From positions 34,908,001 to 34,972,000 of the forward strand of contig CM052818.1 of assembly GCA_028534125.1 (NCBI GenBank): a stretch of 64,000 bases of DNA, written 5' to 3'. The notes below the pieces were generated by a model, which worked only from the letters and a program-made list of their open reading frames with translations, did not search any database and had not been told where the DNA came from. Below, in pieces: positions 13,871 to 26,149 of this stretch (its first letter is position 1; each line of letters starts with the position of its first letter). A program made the position numbers and the translations under genes. The DNA is from Lama glama. Its lineage: Eukaryota.

Positions 13871-15386
13871 GAGAGAGATGCAGGGTGGGGCCTTACCTGA
13901 TGGGGGGAAGGTGCCCAGGGCACAAAACTTAAGGAGTCGCTCACTCAACGGGTGGACATGTGCCAACTTTGAGTGAGAAGGAGTCTTGGATGAATTGAGG
14001 TCTGTGCCATGGGGGTGGGTACCTGGGGAGACGCTAGCCAGAAGCGGGGCCTGCGGGAGGTGCTGGAGCAGCAGTGGCTGTCTGGCGAGGGTGCCTTCCT
14101 CTGCAGCAGCTCCCCTGCGGCAGCTGGGACTGGCCCTGCTTTGCTCAGTGTCCTCTGGCGTCTTCACGTAGCCCAACCTCTGACCCTCCAAAATCAGCCC
14201 TCAAACCCTGCTCCGCCCTCCAGGATGGATGGGGCCCTCGCGGTAGCACAGGGACCCCCTGCTTTGAGAGCCCTCCCCCAGGTCAGCTGCTTCCACTGGG
14301 AAGAATTCCAGTGGGGAGGCAGCCAATTTCTTCTGGTGGCTCAAGGTGATTTCAACCTTCCGGGAGGCCTGGGATGAGATCAGAGGACAGCTGGGGTGCC
14401 CTGGGGCAGCGCCCTCTGATTAGCAGTAGTGAAAAGGCATTTTATGTAGTCACTATGGTCACCATTTACACAAGTCCATCATTATTTAAGCTTCAGATTC
14501 AGCAAGCGCTTACAGAATGCCTGTGCCAAGCACTGGGCAGGGGGCTTCACACAGCACGGGGCTCAGTGGGGAGGCTGGGGTGGGGCTCAGAGTTCACCTT
14601 TTTGGTAACTAGCTGTGTGACCTGAGGCTAGTTGCTCCCAGTTCCTCCCCTTGTTGGCTGGGGTCCCTGAGGGTGAGGATGGAGACACCTGGCCGAGGGT
14701 GCTCAGCCCATGTTTGCTGGCCATCTTGGAGCAGAGGCAGTTCCAGCGTTACAGACATGAGAGAGGAAGGGGTCACTCGGCCGAGGCCGGGCAGTTAATG
14801 GTGAGCCCAAGTCTTCTTGGTCATCTCCAAAGCTTGTGCTGCTTCTAGTGTCCCATATGCCCCTTAGTGTTGCAGAGTCTTCTCCCTCTGGCTTTCCTTC
14901 TGCCCTGCAGCTGCAGATTAGGGCCTTCCCGCTGCCTGTGTGAGAGCCCTCTTCCTGAGTTGGGAGCCAGCTAGTTAAAGGGTGGGCTGCCCGGTGACCG
15001 TATCCTCTGTCTCCCCGCCTCCTGAACACCAGCTGGGTCTGAGTTGCCAGGATTAGATTGCCGCCCGCACTCCCTTCCCAGGCATGATGAACCAGCCTTC
15101 CATCCGTATCCAAAGCAAACAGATCAGGTGCCCTGTATTCTCAGAGGGATTCCCTCTCTTTGTCTCACCTAATGGTCCTGCCGACAATAGGAGCCTTGTG
15201 CAGGGCCCCAGGAGGCTGGAGGGGAAACTTCATTCTCAGTGGGGGTCATGAGGCCCCATGTGGGCCCCAACTTGTGTCCCCTCCTGGAAGGACCACAGAG
15301 CAGGGAAGCCAAACCTCTCAAGCTGGGGCTACTGTGGCCCTTTGGAAAGCCCCACAGCCCATCTCTTCACCCCTGTGTGTCCCCAG

Positions 15387-15488
15387 GCCATGGAGAGCAA
15401 GCTGCTCATTGGGGGCAGGAACATCATGGACCACACCAACGAGCAGCAGAAGATGTTGGAACTGAGGAGGCAGGAGATTGCCGAGCAG
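15387..15488 (+). CDS. KIF3C: KIF3C coding exon (probably exon 2), coiled-coil stalk
   Basis: cag|GCC...CAG|gtaggg; 102 nt; [34 protein letters not shown] matches the recalled KIF3C stalk. Confidence 0.96.
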
Positions 15489-16158
15489 GTAGGGCTGGGG
15501 GGCTTCAGGTCCCTGGCGGGTGCAAGGCCCCGAGGCCACGTCTGGGGGACTCAGGGCAGTGAGTCATCAAGGACTCAGGATCTCTGGAGTTACAGTGCTG
15601 GGAACCTAGGACCTGCTGCCCTGCATCCCATGGTCCACCTGCCCAGGGGCCTGCTTCTGGTAGCTGGTGGGTGAGTGCAAGTGGTGGCTCTCTGTGATGT
15701 CAACCTCCAAAATTCACCTGGCATGAATTCCTGGGCCCTCCACTATGAGGGTGTGAGTTCTTTGCCAACTGAATGACTGTGTCCTAAATCATCAAGAACC
15801 ACAGTTTGTTGGTCTTACCAGTCAACTGTGTGACATGGGAGAGGCTGAGGCAGCTGGGGAGCCAATCTGCTGGGCATCTGTATATGTGGTTGACACCCCT
15901 GGAAGGCACCAGCTATTTGGGCTGGGGTCTCCTTCCTCATGGGGCAGTGGCTGGTGAAAGCATGGCCATATGAGCTGAGAAGGTTCAGAGAGGCTCCACT
16001 GAGTATGGGGTGGGAGCAATGGATCTGAGACACGGGACGCACATGTGGCCGCAATGAAGCCAGCTTCCGTGCTAAGCAGACCGAGCCAGCCCCCCGAGCT
16101 CCCTTGGCCTTCCCCAGTACGTGCTGCTCCACTGAGCCCCGTACCCTGCTTGGCCTAG

Positions 16159-16281
16159 AAACGCCGCGAGCGGGAAATGCAGCAGGAGATGTTGCTCCGG
16201 GACGAGGAGACCATGGAGCTCCGTGGCACCTACACGTCCCTGCAGCAGGAAGTGGAGGTCAAAACCAAGAAACTCAAGAAG
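16159..16281 (+). CDS. KIF3C: KIF3C coding exon (probably exon 3)
   Basis: tag|AAA...AAG|gtgaga; 123 nt; [41 protein letters not shown]; in phase with its neighbours. Confidence 0.96.
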
Positions 16282-17435
16282 GTGAGATGCCACAGCAGGA
16301 CAAGGTCACAGTGCGCGAGGGCCTGACAGCCTCCGCCCAAGACGGGCACCTGCCCAAAGGGAGTGTGCTTTAGCGGCCCTGCCCCACTTGGCCTGAGTGG
16401 CTCACGCCCTGAGTTCTGTTGCCTGGGTGCTGGGGTGAGGAGCGGGGGTGGCGGGGGGCCAGTTGGGGTGGAGTAGAGCCTTTTCTCTGGGGTGGGGCAG
16501 GGCCCATAGGCGGGAAGCACTTTCATTCCCACTCTCCAGGGCTGCCATCCATGTGGTCCTGGGTAACCTTCCCCTTTCCAGTGTCACCAGTGAATCAGAG
16601 TTTGGAAGTCCAGGCAGAAAGCAGGCCAGGAAGTGGTGAGGAGGCCCGAGGAGGCGCAAGCCTGGGAGAGCCCAGGGAGGAAACACAGGGCCCCAAGGAC
16701 ACTAAAAGGGATGAGAGTCTCGGCCACCAGGGCCCTGCAGAGTCCATGGCTGGGGAAAGGCGTGTGCCTGAGCTGAGGGTCCAGGGCAGGAAACAGCAAA
16801 TTCCACCTGGATTCTGGAAGAATCTGAGAGTCCTTAGGATTGCTGAGGTGGCTGCCCCAGAGCAGGCCAGGCAGAGGCCCAGCCATGGTGGCAGTTTCCA
16901 GGGACACAACTTTCAGTGGATTAGGAGTGGGACAGGGGGGTTAGTGCTGCCCTCCACACCCCTACTTTTGAGGGCTGCTGAGGAGGCAGGAGTGGGATGG
17001 GTCGCCTTCCAAACTGGCTCCCTCCCTTCCCTGAGCCCTGGACCAGCGGTCCTGATGCTCGGGTCCTGATGCTGGCTCTTCTGTTACCTAGTTGTGTGAC
17101 CTTGAGCAAGTCTATGCTTGAGTTTCCTCATCTATAAAAAGAGGGTGTTTGACCAAAAGGCACCTTGAGTCCCTTCAAATTTGAACATTGCCAGATGCGG
17201 ACAGCAGCTGAGAGGGAGCAGGGTAACAGGCCACAGTGCAGGAGGGACAGGGCAGCCCTTAGAATAACCCGTTTTGATTCCCGGTGGGGCCGGAGGGAGT
17301 TTCAGACTTGAGCCCTGGCCTCATACTGGACTGGGCTGGTGGACCATGAGCCTGCAGCCGTGGGGGCCCAGGCTGGGTGACCGAAGCCTCGGTGCCTCAC
17401 TGGCCAGCCCCTGAGCTGCACCTGTCCCCACCCAG

Positions 17436-17554
17436 CTCTACGCCAAGCTGCAGGCGGTGAAGGCGGAGATCCAGGACCAGCATGACGAGTACATCCGCGT
17501 GCGACAGGACCTGGAGGAGGCGCAGAACGAGCAGACCCGGGAACTCAAGCTCAA
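17436..17554 (+). CDS. KIF3C: KIF3C coding exon (probably exon 4)
   Basis: cag|CTC...AA|gtaggg; 119 nt; [39 protein letters not shown](K); ends in phase 2. Confidence 0.95.
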
Positions 17555-18030
17555 GTAGGGCCCCCCATCTGCCATCTGGGGCCCTCACAACCATCCCTTG
17601 GGCCCTGGGCCTCTCCCTTCCAGGCTCCTCTCCTTCCTGAAGGCTTTGTTCTGACTGTCTACTGGGCCATATGTCTGCATACCTCAGGAATAGAGTGTGT
17701 CTGAGGGATGGAGGGGCGGCCATCTGGAGTTTCTCCTGCCTCCTCTGTTTCCTCCTGCCTCTCCCTTCATTTGATGAACCCCGAAAAGTGCATGCTGGGT
17801 GCTGCCCCCAAATACCTCCTAAAGCCCTAGCCTATGTTCTTTGCGTTAGAAACCATGACTTTCAAGCTCTGTTGTTTCCATTGGGATCCCCTCCTCCCAG
17901 CTTTTTGGTGTCTCCGCCTTCTTTGTTCCTTGTGCCTCTCTGCTTCTTGCTTCTCATCTTTCAACCTTCACTTACAATGTGTGGTCTCTCACTCCCCAAA
18001 TCCCCATCTCTACGTCCTCCCTGCTCCCAG

Positions 18031-18147
18031 GTATCTAATCATCGAGAACTTCATCCCCCCTGAAGAGAAGAACAAGATCATGAACCGGCTTTTCCTAGAC
18101 TGTGAGGAGGAGCAGTGGAAGTTCCAGCCCCTCATGCCCGGCGGAGC
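18031..18147 (+). CDS. KIF3C: KIF3C coding exon (probably exon 5)
   Basis: cag|G TAT...GC|gtgagt; 117 nt; [38 protein letters not shown], with the kinesin-2 IIENFIP motif. Confidence 0.96.
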
Positions 18148-19504
18148 GTGAGTCTCTCACCGTGTGTCTGTGTCTAGGGGCTCACAAGCTCACCCCAGGT
18201 TGCGGGTGGCCAGCGGCCTATGGGGAGATAGAGTGTTCCGTGGATTGGGCAGGGCTGGGAAGGATGCAGTTGGAGGATGGGCTTCTCAGGACCTAACATA
18301 GGCTTTCCATGAAGGAAGGGTATTCTGACAAATACAGAATGAAGGAAGTGTCTCCTTGGCCTGCGTTTTAGAAAATACCCAGTGAGGGGCCTAAAGAGGG
18401 GAGGAAGAGCATCTCAGCCTCTTGACAGTTCCCGTAAATGCTAACATTTGGCCAGTCTGGTGAATATTCATTTGTCAGATGCCAAAAACAGCAACAAGGT
18501 AATATTGCCAGGCATTTACTGTGTGTCGGGCACCATGGGAGACTCTGCAGACAGAAGGTCAATCAGACACAGAGCTCACAGTCCAATGGGGAATACAGAA
18601 TAGGAATCAGACCAGGAAATGATGGAGGTGCGAGGGCTTTGTAGCCTCACTCAGCTGGGTGATTCAGCATTTCCACCTGTTTCCTCATCATAGTTCTTAG
18701 GTACAGTCCACATCCATTGGCTGGGTGTACAGCTCCCTCTGCTGGTGGCCATGAAGAATAAGGTTGGCTATTCAAACCCAACAGAATGACTGCCTCACCC
18801 AGCCAGACTACTGTCCTTTAACTGAAAATCTGTGTACAGAGATGTTCAGGAGGCTGGACACCAGTGCACTCCCTGGAGATTCTTTGCTCTATCTATTCTA
18901 GGAATATTAATGCCGAGTTAGGGCAGGAGTCTTCCCAAAGCTAGAGTGGGAAGCTAGCTGTAGAAGTCTACAGCTTCTCCCTGGAGCATCAGATGCCTAC
19001 TTACTCTTGTCTACATTCTGAGGGGCTGATCCTACCCAAGGCAACACTAGGCAAGTTTTGTAAGTGGCAAGTTCGTGAGTAAAGGACTTTTCGATGGTGT
19101 CACTTTGGATTTAAAACCCACCTTTCCAATCTAAGTAGAGACCTGCAGTTGTACAGCATCTAATGTGGAAGTTCTCCACCCTGGCTGCAACTAGAATCAC
19201 CTGTGAGCTGGGTACCAGACAGTCTGATTTAAAGGGTGGATCCCGGGACTTAAAATTTGTTTTTCAAAGCTTCCTGCTGATTCTACAAGCCAGGTTCAGA
19301 AACTATCACTCCAGTGCCATCTGCTGGAAGAAGACCCTGGCGAGGCTGCTGCTCTGTATGCTAATGTTGTGCTTTAAAAGTTCTTGAATTTGTAGGTAGA
19401 GGAATTTCTTTACATTGGATAGAGATGAGATGAGAAAGGCTCTGAGAAGGCATGTTTTTTTAATTTTTAATTTTGAAAAATAAGAATTGCAAGAATGGTA
19501 GAAA

Positions 19505-19620
19505 GAATTCCCATATACCCGTCTCCAAATTCACCAGTTGTTAGCAATTCGCCACATCTGGCGAATTCCCATATACCCGTCTCCAAATTCACCAGTTGTT
19601 AGCATTTCGCCACATCTGGC
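19505..19620. repeat. 58-bp tandem duplication
   Basis: GAATTCCCATATACCCG...GCCACATCTGGC twice (19505-19562 and 19563-19620) with 1 mismatch. Confidence 0.97.
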
Positions 19621-21836
19621 TTTATTAATTTCCCTTCCACCCAGCCATTTGAGATTAAGTTGCAGTCAGCCCTTTACCCGTATTTCCTAAGAATGAGGAC
19701 ATTCTCTTACATAAGTGCAGTACAGTGATCAAATTCAGGAAATTCTGTATTGACACAAGACTATTATATAGGCAATATTCAATTTTAGCTAGTTATCTCA
19801 ATAATGTCCTTTATGGCAATTCTCCCCACCCCCGACTGGCCCACCTACGATGGTGCACTGCATTTAATTGTCATGCCTCTTCAGTCTCCTTTAATCTGGA
19901 ACTGAGAAGGGATCTTGATTTGAGTTTTGGAAGTTTCATGCTTCAGAGGAGTTTATTTATTTCTCAAACCATTGCCCCTTTAATTTTTCCTTGACCGCCT
20001 CAGCACGCAAGCCAGACTTTAAAGCATGGTGGGTTCTTTACCTGAAGCTGAGATAAGCTTTCTGCTTAATATTTATGAATTTCCATTTTTTATTTCTGTT
20101 TTTTTTTTAAGTTCTTCCTTTTATGAAACTCAAACTTTTCAATTAGAAAACATTTTAAATCACATGTTTCTCTTTTTTGCAAAAGAAAATGTTTGTCATA
20201 CACTGAAAAACCATTCACAGATCTTTAAAATTAAAATAGCTGTCTTAAAATAGTTCTTGTAAAATAATTTTTAGAGTAGATTCCAGGAATATCTTTTAAA
20301 AAGGAAGTTGTTTTCCAAAATATAGATTAGTATCTTTACTTACTGTTGAACTACTGCCTATCCTGGCCTCTCATCCCTCTCTTTGCTTTGAAGACGAATT
20401 TGTGCTGTTTACATGCTCTTTTGTGGGCCTCCGAAAGCCCCCTTGACAGCCCCCTGTCCTGAGTGAGACCCAGAGGAGCAAGCTAGCTGCTTTTCCCACC
20501 TTTCCCTTCTCTTGTGATTTCCCCCACCCTTTCCCCCCAGCATCCTTCCTGCTCTAGGAAAGTAATGCAAAGAAAGATTCAGTGTTTTCTTTGCCATTAG
20601 AAAGCCTGAAAACTCGGATCATTCCTGCTTGCTTGAGCTTACTCTGCAGTGTTTTCTTTTCCATAACTCTTCGGGAAGAATCAATCCTGACATATATCTC
20701 CCTTTGTGTTAAATCTGCGCACAGCTGCTCCCCAGCCTGCATTTGCTGGGGTATATTAGCAATGGTTCTAACTGAGTCTCAAATAGACCATCTTCCCTCA
20801 AAATTTCATATTAACAATGTAAAAGAGATAAATACCTTCACAAGGTTTTTTTTTTAAATTATGGTTAAGTATATTCACAACTTAACTATGCGGTTTTTTA
20901 CAGAATATGTATGTACCTCCTCAGAATACATACAGAGTATATATTTTTTGTGTAGAAAATATCAAAATATATCTAGGTAAGGGTAAAAGGTATTAAGGCA
21001 AGTGTGACATCCCAGTGTTCTCCACTGTACTTAAGTACGGATGATATAAGCAGGTATTATAGATTTAAGAAAAAATTCCAATAAATAAATTACTTCCAAA
21101 AGACTTACTAATAAATACCAGGTAATCAACTACATACTATTCTGAATTACTACTACAAATTATTTTCTTTTTCTTAATCATCCTTTTCTTTTTCATTGTC
21201 CATTGTCTGATAACTGCAATAAATAATATTTGTCTTCAGAACTTAAAAAAAAATCACAAAAAGACAAAAGAAAAGTAACAATAATCTAGGAAGTTTTTAT
21301 ATGAAACAAAAAATTTTAAGTACTTTTTTTCTCTTTTTTTTTAGCAATAGTTGGTGGTTAAAAGTAAAAACAATTCCGTCCTAATTAGAATTCCCAAGTG
21401 TGATTGTGACTTAGCACAGAGAGCCCCGGGGTAGCATCATGGTTTGAGAGTCGCTGGCCTGGACGTCTGAGACTATCTGCCCCCAGCCCCTCCTCTCACC
21501 ACAGAAGGCTGAGGGTGGGAAGGTCCTTGGATGCAGCTTCCTCCATTTCAGTGAGTCCTGGGGCTGGAGGCTTTAAAACAAGCTGCCTCCCTGGGAGGAA
21601 CTGGGTCCCACTATTTACAGCAGAACTTAATCAGGGCTGAAAACTCTTTCCAAAGCATATTTAACTAATCAGGACACTGTCCCATTTGCTCAACTCAAGT
21701 GTGGAATATTTTGCTTCACTTTGGCCTGTGGTATTCTGGGGACGAACATACCAAAGACTGCTCAAAAGGAGAGGGAAAAAGCATTGTTGGAAAGAAATTA
21801 CCTCAAGTCATGCTGCTCTTTAGAAAGCTTTTGTTG

Positions 21837-22370
21837 AAGGGATCCAAATTGGAAGGAAAGAGGCAAAATTGTCACTATATGCAGATGACATGATACTAAA
21901 TATAGAAAACCCTGAAGACTCTATACAAAAACTACTAGAGCTAATAAATGAATTCAGCAAGGTAGCAGGTTACAAGGTTAACATGCAGAAATCTGTTACA
22001 TTTCTTTCCACAAACAATGAAATATCAGAAAAGGAAAGTAAAATAACAATCCCTTTTAAAATTGCTTCAAAGAAAATAAAATACTTAGGAACAAACCTGA
22101 CCAAGGAGGTGAAGAACTTATGTGCTGAGAACTATAAAACATTGATAAAGGAAATTAAAGATGAATTAAAGAAATGGAAAGATATCCCATGCTCTTGGAT
22201 CGGAAGAATCTATATTGTTAAAATGGCCATCCTACCCAAAGCAATCTACGGATTTAATGCGATCCCTATCAAATTACCCAGGACATTTTTCACAGAACTG
22301 AGACAAATAATCCTAAAATGTATATGGAATCACAAAAGACCCACGATTGCCAAAGCAATACTGAAGAAAA
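21837..22370 (+). mobile_element. LINE-1 ORF2 internal fragment (reverse transcriptase region), young
   Basis: Uninterrupted frame [25 protein letters not shown]...[13 protein letters not shown]...AKAILKKK; flanked by AGAAAGCTTTTGTTG at 21822-21836 and 22371-22385. Confidence 0.95.
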
Positions 22371-24959
22371 AGAAAGCTTTTGTTGTAAAAAAAAAAAAAA
22401 AAATTTCCCCCCTCCTCCTGCTGTAGCTACAAGCCTTTACCCCACACACTTTTTCCCAGGCCTCTCAGACAAGGAGTTATTGTCAGGGAGCTCTTGAAAA
22501 CATGCTGGTATCAACTTATTTTGGAAGTCTATCTCTTTATTCTTTTTTCCTCCACTGTTTCTATGCCACCCCTGGTTGATACACAATAGCTTCAGGTGAG
22601 GTGCCTTCCACAATCACAAACAATTTTGTGTTCAAATTACTTTGGAAAAAAAAAGTCTGCAGCCAGCTCCAGCAGTAACTTTTACAAGTATGACCTTTTC
22701 TTTTTGGTGGTGCATGATAGACTTCATTTTTAATTGTGTTTACACAAAACTGTCTTCCAAGCGTTGTGTGTTTGGCAATATCTGTAGCCCATGGTTGACA
22801 GTTCACAAAATCCTATTTGTAACTTTAGCCCTTTGGTGTTTGCAATCCCTGCCTCGTGGGAGTCTTTTCAGAGGCGTCGTGGTGCTGTAAAAAGAGATTA
22901 GACTTTGGATTTAGAACATTCTAGTCCCTGCTCTCCCTTGAGAAGGCTTTGTAACCTCTCTGAACGCAAGTTTCTTCACCTGCAAAGTTGGAATAATAAA
23001 ACAAAAGTCCCTGCAGGATTGTCGAGGTGGAAGTGAGATCACGTGAGGCTGCAGACCAGCACCAGGCACAGAGGAGATGGTCCAGAAATGGTTGCGATCG
23101 TCCCAATAAGCCACCATCCTAATCGTGGAGACGCCAGAGAAACCAGTTTCCGTCAACCCCTAGGAGTGCCGTGGAAGGGCAGTTTGGCTTGTTGCTTTTC
23201 TTTTGGATTTTGATTTTTTTTATTCAGACTGCCTCCAAGTTGAGAGAGGGAGCTTTCCTCACTGTAAATAGAATCGGGGTAGAAAGTTAAATCAGTTTCG
23301 TCACAGAGGCAGAGTTTACCTCAGAACCTTCTCAGCTCTGGGTTGACTCCCTAGATTCAGTCCCAGGACTGTGACAACTGAGAGTCTGAAACAAGGAGAA
23401 ATCTTAGCCTTCCGAGGCAGGATGTGGGAAGTGTGCAGGGGAAAGGGGAAGAGGAGTGGGAGGCTCGCCATGCAGGGGGTCCCACAGGGGGACAGCTGAC
23501 CGCCTGCGAGGTCGGAGGGACCAGATCATGGAGAAAAGTGGGATTTGCTGGGGCAGGTGCCTGTAAAGGACCTGGAAGGAAAACAGCTGACGATGTTGGA
23601 TGCCTGTTTTCAGAACAGGAGAGGAAAGTGGGTGAGCATACAGCTGATGATAAGACTCAGGTCAGCCTGTGAGGTGGGGCTGAGAGAGGACTTTTTAATA
23701 TTAAAGGAAAAAAAACGATATTGTGATAGCAGCTATCTGGAGGGAGGGTCCTAAGAGAACTCTGAGGTTCTACTCAGCACCGGATAACTGTTGGTTTGAG
23801 GGGCGGATACATGCAGAGCCAGGCCGCCATTCCAGGCTCAGTCAGCCACAGTCTGCTTACTACAGAGGGATCAGTTGTGGAAAGTAGGCCTGGGGCACAG
23901 GAGAGAGAAGATGGGAAGTCTGGTGTCCCAATTACAGACTCCCCTCCCCCACCCCTCCTTCCCGCCTGCCACCCAGAATAGCCCTGGCATCTTTATTGGG
24001 TCAGGCTGCCAATTCACACTGAGCCACTGCTCTGCTCGCCCAGCCCTGTCCCCCTGTCCTGTTCCCAGAGCCTGCAGCCTTCAGAGCATACTCGGGCCGT
24101 GTGTACTCCCGAAAGACAGCACAGCATCATAAAAAGTATTTGGAAAGGTTCAGTTCTGAGTCTTTCCTAATTGTATGGCCTTAGATGCAAAAAGCACTTC
24201 CCTTTTCTGAGCCTCAGTCTCCTTGTCTGCCCTGTCTACACCTCAGGAGGTTGCTGTGTAGTTCAAATGGAATGCATAGATGTACCTTATAAATGATACG
24301 TTATTATTTTACTAATATTCCCCCTCCCCTCCCACCGAGGCTGCTGCTCTGCACAGCCACAGCCTCACACCTCTTGGAGCTGGGACTTCCACAGCCTCAT
24401 CTTTCCTTGTTTTCATCTATAAAGAGGGGTCAGCAGGGACCCTGAGTGGGGTCCAGTACTCTTATGTACACTTGATAAGAAACCATGAGAATGCTGTTTC
24501 TCATTACTCTCGGCTGCAGAAGGCAGGCATTGTTCTGTTGGCTCCTGCACGGCTTGCTCTATTCAAGGACAGAATGTCCTATCTCTGAATCACTCAGCCT
24601 GTTTCTTCTCTTCTGTCTTCTCGCTGTCTGCCTTTTGGCTTTTTTCATGCTCATTTGTATCCCTGTTTGAAATTAGCAAGTGGAATTGAGAATAAATAAT
24701 CGCAGCTGCCATGTGTTGAGCCCTTGCTGAGGGCTTATCTTTAATCTCAGCAGTTCTGCAGGACTGGGATGAGGTATCTGAGGCTCAGAGATAATAAGCC
24801 ACGTCCCAAGGTAACAAACCTTTAGGGGTAGAGCCAGCATTCAAACTCAGATCTACCGGACTCCAAACCCTGTATTTTTTTTCTAATGGAAATAGCTTTC
24901 TTGCTTTCTTTCCTATCTTTTTTTGAATAATAAAATACCTCAGACCCACAAAGTTGCTG

Positions 24960-26110
24960 AAAGTAAAAAATCTAACATACCTTTGGCTAGGATATAGAGC
25001 AATGGAAACTTTGTCATGGGTATAGCCTCTTTGAAAAGCAATTTGGCCTTATCTAGTAAGTGGAAAATGCACATTGGAACCATTCCATTTCTGGGTATAT
25101 ACCCCAGGGAAACTATTGAATATGTACTTGAAGATACTTGTGCAGAAATGTTCACCATAGCATTGTGTTAAATAGAAAGGGTGAAAAAAAGGAATTGACC
25201 TAGATGTCCATCAACAAGAATATATATAAAAAATATATATATAAGATGCTATATTGAAACCTTAAGATAATCAATGTAGTTAAACTTTAATAATCTAATC
25301 TAGAGTGGCATGTATAAATGTAGAAAACATGTTTGTTGACCACAAAAAAGTAGTATGTATACTGTAGAGTAAAAAATTTAGAAATAGGCATACAAATACC
25401 ATATATATTTTTATGAATATCCACATATATAAATAAGTATACAAATATGCATGATATTGATAAGCACCAAACTCAAGAGAGTAATTAACTTTGGGGAAGG
25501 AGAGAGATGGGAATCTTAAAAATTCTGCCTGCATTTTATTTCTTAAAAAATATTTGGTGTTAAGTAAGATTTAACAAAGCTGGATGTAGGCATGAAGATA
25601 TATATATATTTTTCTATGCTTTTCTGCATATTGGAAATAATTTATTAGACATAAAATTATACATATTCATTATAAAAAATTTAAATATTTCAGAAAGGCA
25701 TAATATGATGATAATTAAAAATCACCCATAATCACACCATCCAAAAACACAATAACTGTTAACATTTTGTTGAGTATCCAGACTTTTTCTAAGCATCCAC
25801 ACGTGTACACACACCTCTTTAAAATAAAACTACATTTTATCTGCTTTTTTACTTAACATGTTGTGGAAACCTTTTCATGTCTACATAGAGCCATGAAATG
25901 ATTTTAATGACTACATAATATTCCCTCACATGGGTAAATAATAATTTAACTTGTCCATATTGGTACACTTTGGGGTTGTTTCTAATTGTTTGCATTTGTA
26001 AGTAATATTGCAGCAAACATCCCTGCTTATAAAATTTTGTCCCCATCTCTGATTATTTCCTTAAGAAAATTCCCAGGAGTGGGAATTTGGATCAGAGAAC
26101 ATGCACTTTT
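24960..26110. mobile_element. Degenerate ancient L1M 3' fragments (one sense, one antisense)
   Basis: Typical L1M 3'-end phrases (ATTCCATTTCTGGGTATATACCCCAGGGAAAC, AATGTTCACCATAGCATTG, GATGTCCATCAACA). Confidence 0.7.
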
Positions 26111-26149
26111 TAAAAGCCAAACCTGAGTTTTGTTTCATTTGTTTTAGAA

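Larger units (their letters stand above)
1..15386 (+). other. KIF3C: 3' part of a long KIF3C intron (probably intron 1; the motor-domain exon lies upstream of the window)
   Basis: No kinesin motor-domain peptide appears in the ORF track. The region is rich in MIR/L2/MER5 fragments and ends in the acceptor CCCTGTGTGTCCCCAG at 15371-15386. Confidence 0.8.

Noticed and set aside
14558..14585. Intronic G4 motifs (also about 16432-16503)
   Set aside because: Expected at this frequency in GC-rich introns; nothing further supports a function.
16419..17069. 216-aa ORF
   Set aside because: It lies in a GC-rich KIF3C intron, starts at TTG and has no recognisable domain; a chance ORF.
22387..22403. 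A17 as the poly(A) tail of the L1 fragment
   Set aside because: It lies outside the right TSD copy, so it is more simply a pre-existing flank.
21869..22426. RT-domain ORF as a domesticated gene, retron or other novel RT system
   Set aside because: It is a plain L1 ORF2 fragment lacking the N-terminal RT motifs, with no promoter, partner gene or ncRNA context.
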